From positions 1 to 64,000 of the IMG/VR virus record IMGVR_UViG_3300034284_003265: a stretch of DNA of 64,000 bases; one strand, given 5' to 3'. Each line of letters starts with the position of its first letter. The stretch's first letter is position 1. This document shows, piece after piece, positions 24,832-33,417 of the stretch. The position numbers were made by a program, and so were the translations under genes. The notes under the pieces are model-generated. The model did not search any database. It was not told the DNA's origin and saw nothing but the letters and a program-made list of their open reading frames with translations. This DNA comes from a virus.

Positions 24832-24916
24832 GGGCATATGATGTAATTGGCAGCCATGCGAGTCTTAGAAGCTCGTGGAGAAATCCGTGGGGGTTCAAGT
24901 CCCTCTATGCCCACCA
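24832..24916 (+). tRNA. tRNA-Leu(UAG)
   Basis: CGAGT-CT TAG AA-GCTCG, long variable arm. Confidence 0.9.
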
Positions 24917-24924
24917 ATTTAAAT

Positions 24925-25002
24925 GGTTACGTAGACCAACTGGAAGGAGTCGTCTATCTCAAAAATAGAATAGTGCTGGTTCGAATCCAGTCGTAACTAC
25001 CA
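24925..25002 (+). tRNA. tRNA-Leu(CAA), short variable arm
   Basis: TCTAT-CT CAA AA-ATAGA, ACCA. Confidence 0.85.
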
Positions 25003-25010
25003 ATTTCAAT

Positions 25011-25095
25011 GGGTGTGTGGATGAGGGAAACTGGCACAACCGCAATACTTAAGATATTGTATCCTATGTAGGTTCGAATCCTACCACACCTACCA
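25011..25095 (+). tRNA. tRNA-Leu(UAA)
   Basis: CAATA-CT TAA GA-TATTG, enlarged D region, ACCA. Confidence 0.8.
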
Positions 25096-25104
25096 ATTTT
25101 ATAT

Positions 25105-25197
25105 GGATGATAGGCAGATATAAGCTGGCTGCACTAGTCTTGAAAACTAGGTCCGTCTAAAAAACGGAGGTCCGGGCAGTACGGACATCATCCGCCA
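25105..25197 (+). tRNA. tRNA-Ser(UGA)
   Basis: CTAGT-CT TGA AA-ACTAG, long variable arm, T-loop GGCAGTA, GCCA. Confidence 0.88.
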
Positions 25198-25281
25198 TTT
25201 TAATACAACTCCACTTGACAATGGAACCGAAGACTGATAATATCGTCTCTTGAAGAAATCGGAGTTTGTCAAAAGATTTAT

Positions 25282-25374
25282 GGAGGTGACGTAGATAGTC
25301 AGGTTTCTACAGCAGTTTGCTAAACTGCCGTGGTCTAAAAGCCACTGAGGGGGCAGCACCCTTCGCCTCCGCCA
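25282..25374 (+). tRNA. tRNA-Ser(GCU)
   Basis: GCAGT-TT GCT AA-ACTGC, long variable arm, T-loop GGCAGCA. Confidence 0.88.
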
Positions 25375-25377
25375 TTT

Positions 25378-25451
25378 GCGGGTATAGCTTAGTGGTAAAG
25401 CGCCAGTCTTCCAAACTGGCAAGGTGAGTTCGATTCTCACTACCCGCTCCA
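25378..25451 (+). tRNA. tRNA-Gly(UCC)
   Basis: CCAGT-CT TCC AA-ACTGG, GCG...TCCA. Confidence 0.92.
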
Positions 25452-25458
25452 ATTTAAC

Positions 25459-25532
25459 TGGGGATTTGCATAATGGTAGTGCGGCAGACTTTGAATCTGC
25501 TTGTGGTGGTTCGATTCCATCATCCCCAACCA
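25459..25532 (+). tRNA. tRNA-Gln(UUG)
   Basis: GCAGA-CT TTG AA-TCTGC, U1-A72. Confidence 0.92.
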
Positions 25533-25539
25533 ATTTAAT

Positions 25540-25615
25540 CGGAATGTAATGTCAATAGTAGACGGCCTGGTTTGGAGCTAGGAGGTTGCAGGTGCGAGTC
25601 CTGTCATTCCGACCA
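25540..25615 (+). tRNA. tRNA-Pro(UGG)
   Basis: CCTGG-TT TGG AG-CTAGG, ACCA; A37. Confidence 0.85.
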
Positions 25616-25622
25616 TTTTATA

Positions 25623-25738
25623 TATCAGACAACGGTAGAGGTTTGAACTTGGCTAGGTCCGAAACAATAACCAACGGCTGTGTTCGGCTAATAATCTGTG
25701 GGTTAAATATGCCCATAAAACCGCCAAGGTGTCTGGTA
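25623..25738 (+). ncRNA. stem-closed non-tRNA RNA
   Basis: TATCAGACA/TGTCTGGTA termini. Confidence 0.5.
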
Positions 25739-25792
25739 ATTTTTTGTTTTTTGATTTGACTTATACTATATATTGGTGTAAGATTTTTAAAT

Positions 25793-25867
25793 GGGCTGTT
25801 AGTGATAGTGGTAGCACGGGAGCTTTGCAAGCTTTAGGGAAGAGTTCGATTCTCTTACGGTCCACCA
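25793..25867 (+). tRNA. tRNA-Ala(UGC)
   Basis: TT TGC AA loop, G3:U70, ACCA. Confidence 0.9.
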
Positions 25868-25919
25868 TTTTAAATTAATGTATGTTGGTTAGTTTCAACT
25901 ATATATTAATGTTGAGATC

Positions 25920-25993
25920 GCGGGTATGATGTAGTGGTAGCCTGCAACCTTGCCAAGGTCGATGTGCCGGTTCGATTCCGGCTACCCGCTCCA
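25920..25993 (+). tRNA. tRNA-Gly(GCC)
   Basis: ACC-TT GCC AA-GGT, GCG...TCCA. Confidence 0.9.
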
Positions 25994-26008
25994 ATTTTAT
26001 AATGTGTT

Positions 26009-26809
26009 ATGTATAAAGGCAAAAAAGTTATATTGACTACAACTGCTTGTAAAAGAATTAATTTATTAAAAGCAGCCATTAAAAGTTTTGGAATTTTTTG
26101 TACAGATAAACACGTAATAGATGAAATTCATTATTATGATGATTCTTCAACACCAGAAGAACGTAATATTGCGATGGAATATTACAAGAAACATATTCCA
26201 GATAAATTGATTAGTTTTAGATTTTTTGAGAAAGAATCTTTTCCGGATAATTATAGACATGCTAGAGTGTTAAATTATTGGAGACAGGGAATTATTAACT
26301 CAAACGCGGAGTATGTATTTCACTTAGAAGATGACCATCAATTCTATAATATGTTTACAATAGGCGATCCTATTGATATTATGGAAGAAAATCAAGAATA
26401 TGGATATATTGGATATTGTCAGAGTTGGAAAAATTTTCCAAAAGATATGTATCCTAAAAAAATAATAGGAAAGTTTTGGGAAACTGTTTACTTTGATAAT
26501 AAACCTATTAATGACCTTTTATTTTTAGACGATGTTATGGCGATGCACACTGGATTAGATTGGTGGATGTATTATATTAACTGGCCATATTTTTCATTGA
26601 GACCGGGAGTACATGATGTTAAAAAGTTATTGTCAGTTGGCGAGTTTTCTACAACATATGATCGTGAAAAAATGAGTGTAGAATTAGAATTTGCAATACG
26701 CTGGAAAAATATGGGATATAAGAGTATGATGTCAAAAATATTTACATCTTTACATACAGGCCAAAATCCAGAATTAAGTGCGTATAAAATTAATAATTCA
26801 GCTAGATGA
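26009..26809 (+). CDS. GT-A fold (family 2-like) glycosyltransferase
   Basis: TTACKR...YDDSS...FHLEDD motifs. Confidence 0.75.
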   Translation: MYKGKKVILTTTACKRINLLKAAIKSFGIFCTDKHVIDEIHYYDDSSTPEERNIAMEYYKKHIPDKLISFRFFEKESFPDNYRHARVLNYWRQGIINSNAEYVFHLEDDHQFYNMFTIGDPIDIMEENQEYGYIGYCQSWKNFPKDMYPKKIIGKFWETVYFDNKPINDLLFLDDVMAMHTGLDWWMYYINWPYFSLRPGVHDVKKLLSVGEFSTTYDREKMSVELEFAIRWKNMGYKSMMSKIFTSLHTGQNPELSAYKINNSAR

Positions 26810-27423
26810 AAGATAATATAGATCCTAAAAAATTAGTGGATTATTGTGTTAACTCTGAGTTAATGCATAAGTGCATATTTATGCAAGTGTATGAAGAGTT
26901 TTTAACCTTTTCATATTGGTTAAAAGGTTTTCAGCCAAATAATATTCTTGAAATAGGTACTATGGGTAGTACTTTTTGGATAATGAATAAACTATCTTCT
27001 GGGAAAAAAGTTTCTATAGACATAGAAAATAGAGAATCTATAATACATCATTTTATGTGGGAAGAAGATTGGATGTTTGTCGCTGGATCATCCCAAGATC
27101 CAAACAATTTTGATAAAATAAAAAATAAATGTGACAAGTATGATCTAATTTTTATAGATGGTGATCATAGCTACGATGGAGTTAAAAATGATTTTAATTT
27201 GTACAAAAGTCTTTTATCAGACCGTGGTTATATAGCATTTCACGATATCGATCCAAATCATATATTTGCTGGATCTTATGCTGGAGAAGTTTATAAATTC
27301 TGGCAAGATTTAGACGAAGGGTCCAAAATTAATTTGACATGTACCAAGTCTTCTGGTAAAGTAAAACTAAATGGAATATATTCACATGGATTTGGTGGAA
27401 TAGGTCTTTGGACTCCAAATTGA
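26806..27423 (+). CDS. class I SAM-dependent methyltransferase (Methyltransf_24-like)
   Basis: ILEIGT, DLIFIDGDHSYDGV, IAFHD. Confidence 0.85.
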   Translation: MKDNIDPKKLVDYCVNSELMHKCIFMQVYEEFLTFSYWLKGFQPNNILEIGTMGSTFWIMNKLSSGKKVSIDIENRESIIHHFMWEEDWMFVAGSSQDPNNFDKIKNKCDKYDLIFIDGDHSYDGVKNDFNLYKSLLSDRGYIAFHDIDPNHIFAGSYAGEVYKFWQDLDEGSKINLTCTKSSGKVKLNGIYSHGFGGIGLWTPN

Positions 27424-27453
27424 TATTTATAATTAGTTCTTTTAAAATTTTAT

Positions 27454-27838
27454 GGGCGCGTACTGGTATCGATTTAATAGTACACGTATGTTAGGCACGT
27501 AGAGGATGATAGTTGGCCTCTTTAATACACCTATCGAAATATTAACTGCTGAAGATAACGTAGTTAGCTATGACTTCTCTTACGATGAAGTAGTAGCCCT
27601 TGCAGCCTAAGTTGTTGCACATTCAATACAATGAAGTCTGATATTTGTGTTGAGTGTAAATTATTGGACTGGACCAAATATTTGATTTGCGTAAATGGTC
27701 GAGATATTAGTAAATCTTAAGGGTAATATTTTTAGATATTTTTCATTATTACTCCCTAACAATTTAAAATATATAAGCGTGTAGTCTGATGTAGGTTATC
27801 TGTTAAACACGGCGGTTCAACTCCGCCCGCGTCCACCA
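27454..27838 (+). ncRNA. ssrA: tmRNA; tag (A)AEDNVVSYDFSYDEVVALAA
   Basis: GGGCGCG/CGCGTCC-ACCA with G3:U70, T-arm GGCGG-TTCAACT-CCGCC, ATTAACT-GCT resume site, tag ends ALAA-stop. Confidence 0.93.
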
Positions 27839-27840
27839 TT

Positions 27841-28056
27841 TTATTCTGGTTCAAAATCAATGTAGCTATCAATAATCAACACTCCACTATCATTGATGTA
27901 ACCTTCTTCAATTAAATACTTCGTGATTCGTTCTCTACAACAATCATCCTCGTATAGATCACATTTTTCTGGATGTCTTAGTACAACAAATCTGTTAGCC
28001 CAAACAGTTATATCGTGGTTGTTTATACTAACTTGGTGAAAATTAATCTCTTCCAT
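27841..28056 (-). CDS. small hypothetical protein
   Basis: ORF with KYLIEEGYI motif. Confidence 0.65.
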   Translation of the reverse strand: MEEINFHQVSINNHDITVWANRFVVLRHPEKCDLYEDDCCRERITKYLIEEGYINDSGVLIIDSYIDFEPE

Positions 28057-28081
28057 TAAGTATAAGTATATTTATACAGTA

Positions 28082-28492
28082 ATGAAAAGATATAGTTTAT
28101 TATACGAATCTAGCATATATGATTATCTAGTGTGGGAACCAACTGGAAAATTTCAGTATATTGCTGATGAGTTAGATAAAATTCCTACAGACAGTACTAA
28201 ACTTTATAGAGGAATGTCTGAGAAAGAATATAATATTTTGAAGAGTACTGGTAAAGTTACTTCAAGAGGTAAAGGAAATACCCGAAACATATCAGGTAGT
28301 TATCTAGCGAGTGATTTTAAATTGGCAGCTAGGTTTGCCTTGGTCAATTACAGAGACAAAGGAGAAGGTATTATAGTAGTAGTAGATAAAAGTAAGTTAC
28401 CCGATTTAAAAAATGTAGATCCAGGTAATTATGTTACTAGTTATATACCGATAGAAGCAGTAACCAAAATTATAGACTTAAAACAGTTATGA
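28082..28492 (+). CDS. putative ADP-ribosyltransferase-fold protein
   Basis: KLYRGMS...SYLASDFKLAARFA pattern. Confidence 0.55.
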   Translation: MKRYSLLYESSIYDYLVWEPTGKFQYIADELDKIPTDSTKLYRGMSEKEYNILKSTGKVTSRGKGNTRNISGSYLASDFKLAARFALVNYRDKGEGIIVVVDKSKLPDLKNVDPGNYVTSYIPIEAVTKIIDLKQL

Positions 28493-28674
28493 GTAACATT
28501 AAACTAACAAAGGCTGAAGCCGAAAAGAAAGTATATCAACTAACCGAAGATCTCTTACACGTTAAGAAAGACTTCAAAGATGTAGCTGCTGGCTACAAAG
28601 ATCGTATGAAAGAAATTGAATCTGAAATTAAAGCTATCGTAGAAGAAGCTTCAATTGGAGATCCAACTAAGTAA
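28489..28674 (+). CDS. small coiled-coil protein
   Basis: overlapping start/stop with the upstream gene. Confidence 0.7.
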   Translation: MSNIKLTKAEAEKKVYQLTEDLLHVKKDFKDVAAGYKDRMKEIESEIKAIVEEASIGDPTK

Positions 28675-28677
28675 AAC

Positions 28678-28705
28678 AAAACCCGGTCTTTCGACCGGGT
28701 TTTTT
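28678..28705. terminator. bidirectional terminator
   Basis: AAAACCCGGTC-TTTC-GACCGGGTTTTT between convergent genes. Confidence 0.9.
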
Positions 28706-28707
28706 AT

Positions 28708-28989
28708 TTATTGTTTAGATATTGGTTTAAACGTACCGTCTTTTAAATTCAGACTGCCGTCACCGTATTTTTGACTCAACGAGTTTAGTAAATTATCTTC
28801 TTCTTGTTGAGTTTTCTTCCAATTTTCAAATACTTCATTTCTACGAAGTGTCAATTCTTTAATTTGTTGTTCCAAATCTGTTTTCTCCAAATCAACTTGA
28901 CCTAAAGTAAAGATATGTTGTTGATAATCATTTTGCAATTTAGCAATTGATTGCATTTCTTGCTCTGTAAACTTAATAACGTCACTCAT
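28708..28989 (-). CDS. conserved phage coiled-coil protein
   Basis: KFTEQE...LSQKYGDGSLNLKDGTF motif. Confidence 0.8.
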   Translation of the reverse strand: MSDVIKFTEQEMQSIAKLQNDYQQHIFTLGQVDLEKTDLEQQIKELTLRRNEVFENWKKTQQEEDNLLNSLSQKYGDGSLNLKDGTFKPISKQ

Positions 28990-29044
28990 AGTATTTTTAT
29001 ATACATATGAACGACGTTATTTTTTTAGTTTTTATAATCGATTA

Positions 29045-31732
29045 TTATTTGTTTATATTTTTTAACAAATTACCAAGTTTTGTTATCGATTCTGCTGCGC
29101 CTTTAGTATCTCCTTTAGATTGAATACCAAAACCTTTTACTTGTGGTTCAGAAGTACTCGTTGGTTCTGGTTTGATAGATTTAGGTTTCTTGGAACCTTT
29201 TGGTTGTTCTTCTGGTTTGTTAGGAGTTATTTGACTGCCGTCTTCTTCAAGAATGAACGTTCTAGCTGTAGTTACAGCGAATATAAATTTAGGTTTATAT
29301 TTTTCGTTCATTGGATCATCGATGAATTTAGATATAAATCTAGTGTGGGTTTGTAACATACTAGAAATTTCGCCACTCAATTGATCGTCGCCTTGAATAC
29401 ACTCATTAACTTTATCAAATAGTACTTGATACGAAGCTTGACTTTGGAACTTATATTTTTTAGGATTAAAAGTAGGATCTTTCATTATTCCATTTGTAAG
29501 AGCCATTACAAAGTGAGAAGTAAATTCTTTTTTCATTGACTCAACAGATAGATTAACTACAGCTTCTTTCAATTTTCCTTTGAATGAATCTACATATGTT
29601 TTTGATATGAGATTTTTATTACCGATTCTAAATGCCATCGGTTTTCCATTCATCAAAATTGTGTATCTAGCACTTACATTTGATGAATTTTTGATATAAT
29701 AAACAACACTTACTTTGTCTGGACCTGTTAATTTTGGTTTCGTATAATCTCCACCTTGAGGAATTACGAATCCTTGTAAACGTAACGCGAATACTTGTTT
29801 ACGAGCAATTTTTCTAATCTTGTCACAATCTTCTGGACCAAATAGATTATCATCGCCTGGTTGTCCTGGTTTTGGAGGAGTAACTAGTCCAGGTTGTGGT
29901 GGTTGTGGAACTGGTGTTGGACCAGGTTGTGGGGTAGGAGTAACTGGTTCTGGTACAATTGGAGTTGGGCCAGGAGGAGTTGGAGTTGGTTGTGGCGCTG
30001 GTACTTTATCTGGAAGTGCTTCTTTATCTGATTTACGTGGATACAACCAATCTTTAACTTTCATCAAGTAGTCATAAACGTTTTTATCAGTTTCCAATAT
30101 TTTTTTCTCAACATCTGCTCTTGTTGGATTTTTAAGTTTGAGTAATATACCAGCATTTGTTAAGAACTTATTATAAGCACTTTCGACTGATTTATAATCC
30201 ATTCTTTCAGCACCCATATTTGCGCCTCTAGTACCAAACGCATATTGAAGAGGATTTGCTTCGGCTAATAATTCAGCTTTAATCACATCTAGTTCCAAAG
30301 CTTCTTGTATACCGAATTTCTTGCTAAACATACTCAATAGTCCTTTTCGCATAAGTTGTTGTCTTATGCCAGGAGCATTTATTAATTGTTTTGCTTCACC
30401 TACGTCTTTTATGGAATTTATCCACATTTCTAATGCTTCTTTAGGCTGTACATATTGACCATTAATAAGTTTTACAACGTCTTGGGTTAACTGCCCAGCT
30501 TTTAAAGAAGTCCAATCTGGTAAATTATTCAATGCATTTATTTTTGATTGAATTGTATCGCCTGTTATTGATGGTACAGTGGTTGTAGTAACTCCTCCAG
30601 TGCCACCACCAAATGATGCTCCAGCGGGTCCTGCTGGACCTTGTGGCCCAGCTGGGCCTTGTGGTCCCGCAGGTCCAGGTCCACTCTCTCCTGGTACTCC
30701 AGGTTCACCAGCTGCGCCTGCTGGACCCATTCCGCCTGCTGGTCCTTGTGGTCCCATTGCTCCAGCTGGTCCTTGAAATTTATGCATCAACCATTCCATT
30801 ATTTTTGGAATGTATTTTGTGAACAGATCGCTAATTCCAATTGCTGCAGCGGTAACGGTTGCGCCTTTAACACCGGCACGTACAGGTTCTTCTCCTTTTA
30901 GTATGCCCACTATGGTTCTTAATGCGGTACCCAATATAAATGTTGATATCTTTGGAATCAATGCTAATGGACCAAGTTTAACAACGAGCAAACTAACGAG
31001 TGCGCCAATAAGTATATTGGTTATATAAGGATGTTCTCTTGCAAAAATACCAATTTCATCTAAAGCATCATTGAATGATTGTGGCAATTTAGCACGTAGT
31101 TTATTCAATAACTGTTCTACTTTAGATTGTTTTGCAGCAATTTCTTCTGGAGTGCCTGCTGACCATTGTAGTTTAGGATTTGGTCTTAAATTTGCAAATC
31201 TTTTACCAAATAGTACACCTAAACCAGGAATGCCTTGTTTAGTATTTTGTGTATTTGCGGTACCTCCGAATTTATCGGCACTTGTTTCTGGATCTGGTGC
31301 ATATTGACTTGGACCAGGACCAACTCCTCGATAATTTTGAAGTGCAGCTGAAACATTAGCTGGCATACCTGAAAGCGCAGGCGGAGGAGTTGTTGTAACG
31401 TATGGTTCGGTTTGTTGTTTAAACGTCTGAAAATAGGTATCTAGTTTAGTTTTAGCGTCTCCAGCTTTAAATATATTTTTGAAACCAGCGGTTGCTCTTT
31501 GAAATATATCTTCGCTTAATTTAGAATCTTGTTTTATTATTTCGTATAAAACCTCTGTTTGTAATTCTATACCCTGATTGATACCCTCTTGATATAATTT
31601 ATAGAATTTTGATTTTTTACTAACTCCTAAATATGATTCGGTCAAAGACTTCTTAGAATTAAATTCTGTATATATAAATTCTCTTAAAATGTCTTTTATT
31701 ACAGCTTCTTTATGATTTAAATTTTGGTCCAT
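29045..31732 (-). CDS. large protein with collagen-like Gly-X-Y repeats and Pro-rich linkers (probable virion protein)
   Basis: GPAGPQ repeats, PTP repeats, hydrophobic segment. Confidence 0.8.
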   Translation of the reverse strand: MDQNLNHKEAVIKDILREFIYTEFNSKKSLTESYLGVSKKSKFYKLYQEGINQGIELQTEVLYEIIKQDSKLSEDIFQRATAGFKNIFKAGDAKTKLDTYFQTFKQQTEPYVTTTPPPALSGMPANVSAALQNYRGVGPGPSQYAPDPETSADKFGGTANTQNTKQGIPGLGVLFGKRFANLRPNPKLQWSAGTPEEIAAKQSKVEQLLNKLRAKLPQSFNDALDEIGIFAREHPYITNILIGALVSLLVVKLGPLALIPKISTFILGTALRTIVGILKGEEPVRAGVKGATVTAAAIGISDLFTKYIPKIMEWLMHKFQGPAGAMGPQGPAGGMGPAGAAGEPGVPGESGPGPAGPQGPAGPQGPAGPAGASFGGGTGGVTTTTVPSITGDTIQSKINALNNLPDWTSLKAGQLTQDVVKLINGQYVQPKEALEMWINSIKDVGEAKQLINAPGIRQQLMRKGLLSMFSKKFGIQEALELDVIKAELLAEANPLQYAFGTRGANMGAERMDYKSVESAYNKFLTNAGILLKLKNPTRADVEKKILETDKNVYDYLMKVKDWLYPRKSDKEALPDKVPAPQPTPTPPGPTPIVPEPVTPTPQPGPTPVPQPPQPGLVTPPKPGQPGDDNLFGPEDCDKIRKIARKQVFALRLQGFVIPQGGDYTKPKLTGPDKVSVVYYIKNSSNVSARYTILMNGKPMAFRIGNKNLISKTYVDSFKGKLKEAVVNLSVESMKKEFTSHFVMALTNGIMKDPTFNPKKYKFQSQASYQVLFDKVNECIQGDDQLSGEISSMLQTHTRFISKFIDDPMNEKYKPKFIFAVTTARTFILEEDGSQITPNKPEEQPKGSKKPKSIKPEPTSTSEPQVKGFGIQSKGDTKGAAESITKLGNLLKNINK

Positions 31733-31882
31733 ATTAAATAAATATAGATTTGATCTAGAACTTTAAAATAATATTGACATCTTCAGCTTCTGTATATATA
31801 CTTGATTGAGTATGAGACTGGTAATCTTGTATTTCTAATTATATATACCAACAGTTAAACACTTAAAAAGTAATAATATAGT

Positions 31883-32077
31883 ATGTCAGTAGTCAAAAAT
31901 AACATATCAATGGAGAGACAGAGTAAATACGTTGTTATTCGTAATGGTCTAAGAGTATCCGATTTAGAATATTCGAATAAAGAAGAAGCTAAAGTGGAAT
32001 ATGATCATTGGAAGAATATCATTACACGTTGGCCAGATGGAAGTAAACTAGAAATTCTCGAAACGAAAGGTAGGTAA
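31883..32077 (+). CDS. hypothetical protein
   Basis: ORF behind a TTGACA promoter. Confidence 0.65.
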   Translation: MSVVKNNISMERQSKYVVIRNGLRVSDLEYSNKEEAKVEYDHWKNIITRWPDGSKLEILETKGR

Positions 32078-32079
32078 TT

Positions 32080-32307
32080 ATGGGATTAAAAGAACAAATT
32101 AAAAATGCAAGTTCCGAATCGGAGATTTCCTCTTTATTGACAAAAGGAAAATCTTTTGAATTTGCAAACGAATCCACAAAACGGTCATGGAAATCAGCAG
32201 CTAGAGTTAGGTTAACTTCATTAACTGGCAATGACGTTACTCAAACTCCTGAAAAAGAAGTTGTTGCAAAAAAGACTCCAAAAAAGAAAAAAGATAAAGT
32301 TGGTTAA
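32080..32307 (+). CDS. hypothetical protein
   Basis: ORF in tandem. Confidence 0.7.
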   Translation: MGLKEQIKNASSESEISSLLTKGKSFEFANESTKRSWKSAARVRLTSLTGNDVTQTPEKEVVAKKTPKKKKDKVG

Positions 32308-32330
32308 CTATAAATAAATCACTCGAAATA

Positions 32331-32360
32331 AAGGCGTTACGTAATGGTAACGCCTTTTTT
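32331..32360 (+). terminator. intrinsic terminator
   Basis: AAGGCGTTAC/GTAACGCCTT + T tract. Confidence 0.85.
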
Positions 32361-32387
32361 GTTTTTATTTTTCTATTTATTGAATGA

Positions 32388-32747
32388 ATGGATAAATCAT
32401 TTAGTGTAATGTCTTTACCGTTTGAGTATGATGAAATGGAATCATTTATTCAAACATACAAAGATAAGTTAATGGAACAAATTGTATCATCGGTACAATA
32501 TGCGTTGGACAATGATTATCCTACTGTCGAGGTATTTTCTTTTAAAAATTCAGATTTTATTGTTATATTAACCCAATCGGAATTCAAGGATAATATTGAT
32601 AATGTCTTTGAATATTATGTGAATACGGAGCAATATGAATTTTGTTCCCGTTTAGTAAAATTAAAAAAACAAATAGAACAACATGAGCAAAAACAACAAG
32701 AAAGACACAAGCCCAAAAGTTCATCAAAACGCAAAGATCAGAGATGA
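32388..32747 (+). CDS. hypothetical protein with UVR-like C-terminal motif
   Basis: EQYEFCSRL. Confidence 0.65.
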   Translation: MDKSFSVMSLPFEYDEMESFIQTYKDKLMEQIVSSVQYALDNDYPTVEVFSFKNSDFIVILTQSEFKDNIDNVFEYYVNTEQYEFCSRLVKLKKQIEQHEQKQQERHKPKSSSKRKDQR

Positions 32748-33399
32748 TATCAAGATCGATAAACGTGAATTAACACCAAAACAAAAAGAATTATTAGAAT
32801 TATTACAAAATAAGAATACAAAGTGTGTCTTTATTGCTGGTCCAGCCGGTACATCAAAAACTTATACATCTGTTTTAGCCGGTTTGAATTTATTGAATCA
32901 AAAAAGAGTAAGTGAAATAGTATATGTTAGAAGTATAGTTGAAAGTAGCGATAGTAAGTTAGGATTTTTGCCTGGGGAAATGGATGAAAAAATGAGTCCA
33001 TATATTCAACCACTTATTGATAAGTTAGAAGAATTGGTACCAAAACACGATATTGATAAGTTGAAAAAAGAAGAACGTATCCATGGATTTCCAATAAACT
33101 TTTTACGTGGTTTGAGTTGGAATGCTAAATGTATTGTAGCGGATGAAGCACAAAACATGACTAAAAAAGAACTTACTACGTTAATTACGCGTGTAGGCGA
33201 ATTTAGTAAATTGTTTATTTGCGGTGATCCAGATCAAAGCGATATTAATGGTAAAAGTGGATTTGTACCAATGATGAATGTATTTGACGACGAAGAAAGT
33301 AGAAATAATGGTGTATATGTATTTAGATTCGAAGAAGAAGATATTGTGAGAAGTGGATTAGTTAAATTTGTATTAAAAAAACTAAAAACTCTGCAATAA
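32683..33399 (+). CDS. phoH: PhoH-like ATPase
   Basis: GPAGTSKT, LGFLPG, LRGLS, DEAQN, GDPDQSD, DIVRSGLV. Confidence 0.93.
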   Translation: MSKNNKKDTSPKVHQNAKIRDDIKIDKRELTPKQKELLELLQNKNTKCVFIAGPAGTSKTYTSVLAGLNLLNQKRVSEIVYVRSIVESSDSKLGFLPGEMDEKMSPYIQPLIDKLEELVPKHDIDKLKKEERIHGFPINFLRGLSWNAKCIVADEAQNMTKKELTTLITRVGEFSKLFICGDPDQSDINGKSGFVPMMNVFDDEESRNNGVYVFRFEEEDIVRSGLVKFVLKKLKTLQ

Positions 33400-33417
33400 T
33401 TATATTTATATAAAATT

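Noticed and set aside
16515-25830. ORFs overlapping tRNA genes (16515-16814, 18334-18516, 19632-19814, 24777-24968, 25147-25533, 25618-25830)
   Set aside because: They are translations of tRNA or ncRNA sequence.
16741-25993. Suppressor, Sec or Pyl tRNAs, or stop-codon recoding
   Set aside because: No CUA/UUA/UCA anticodons in canonical loops; long ORFs are intact under the standard code.
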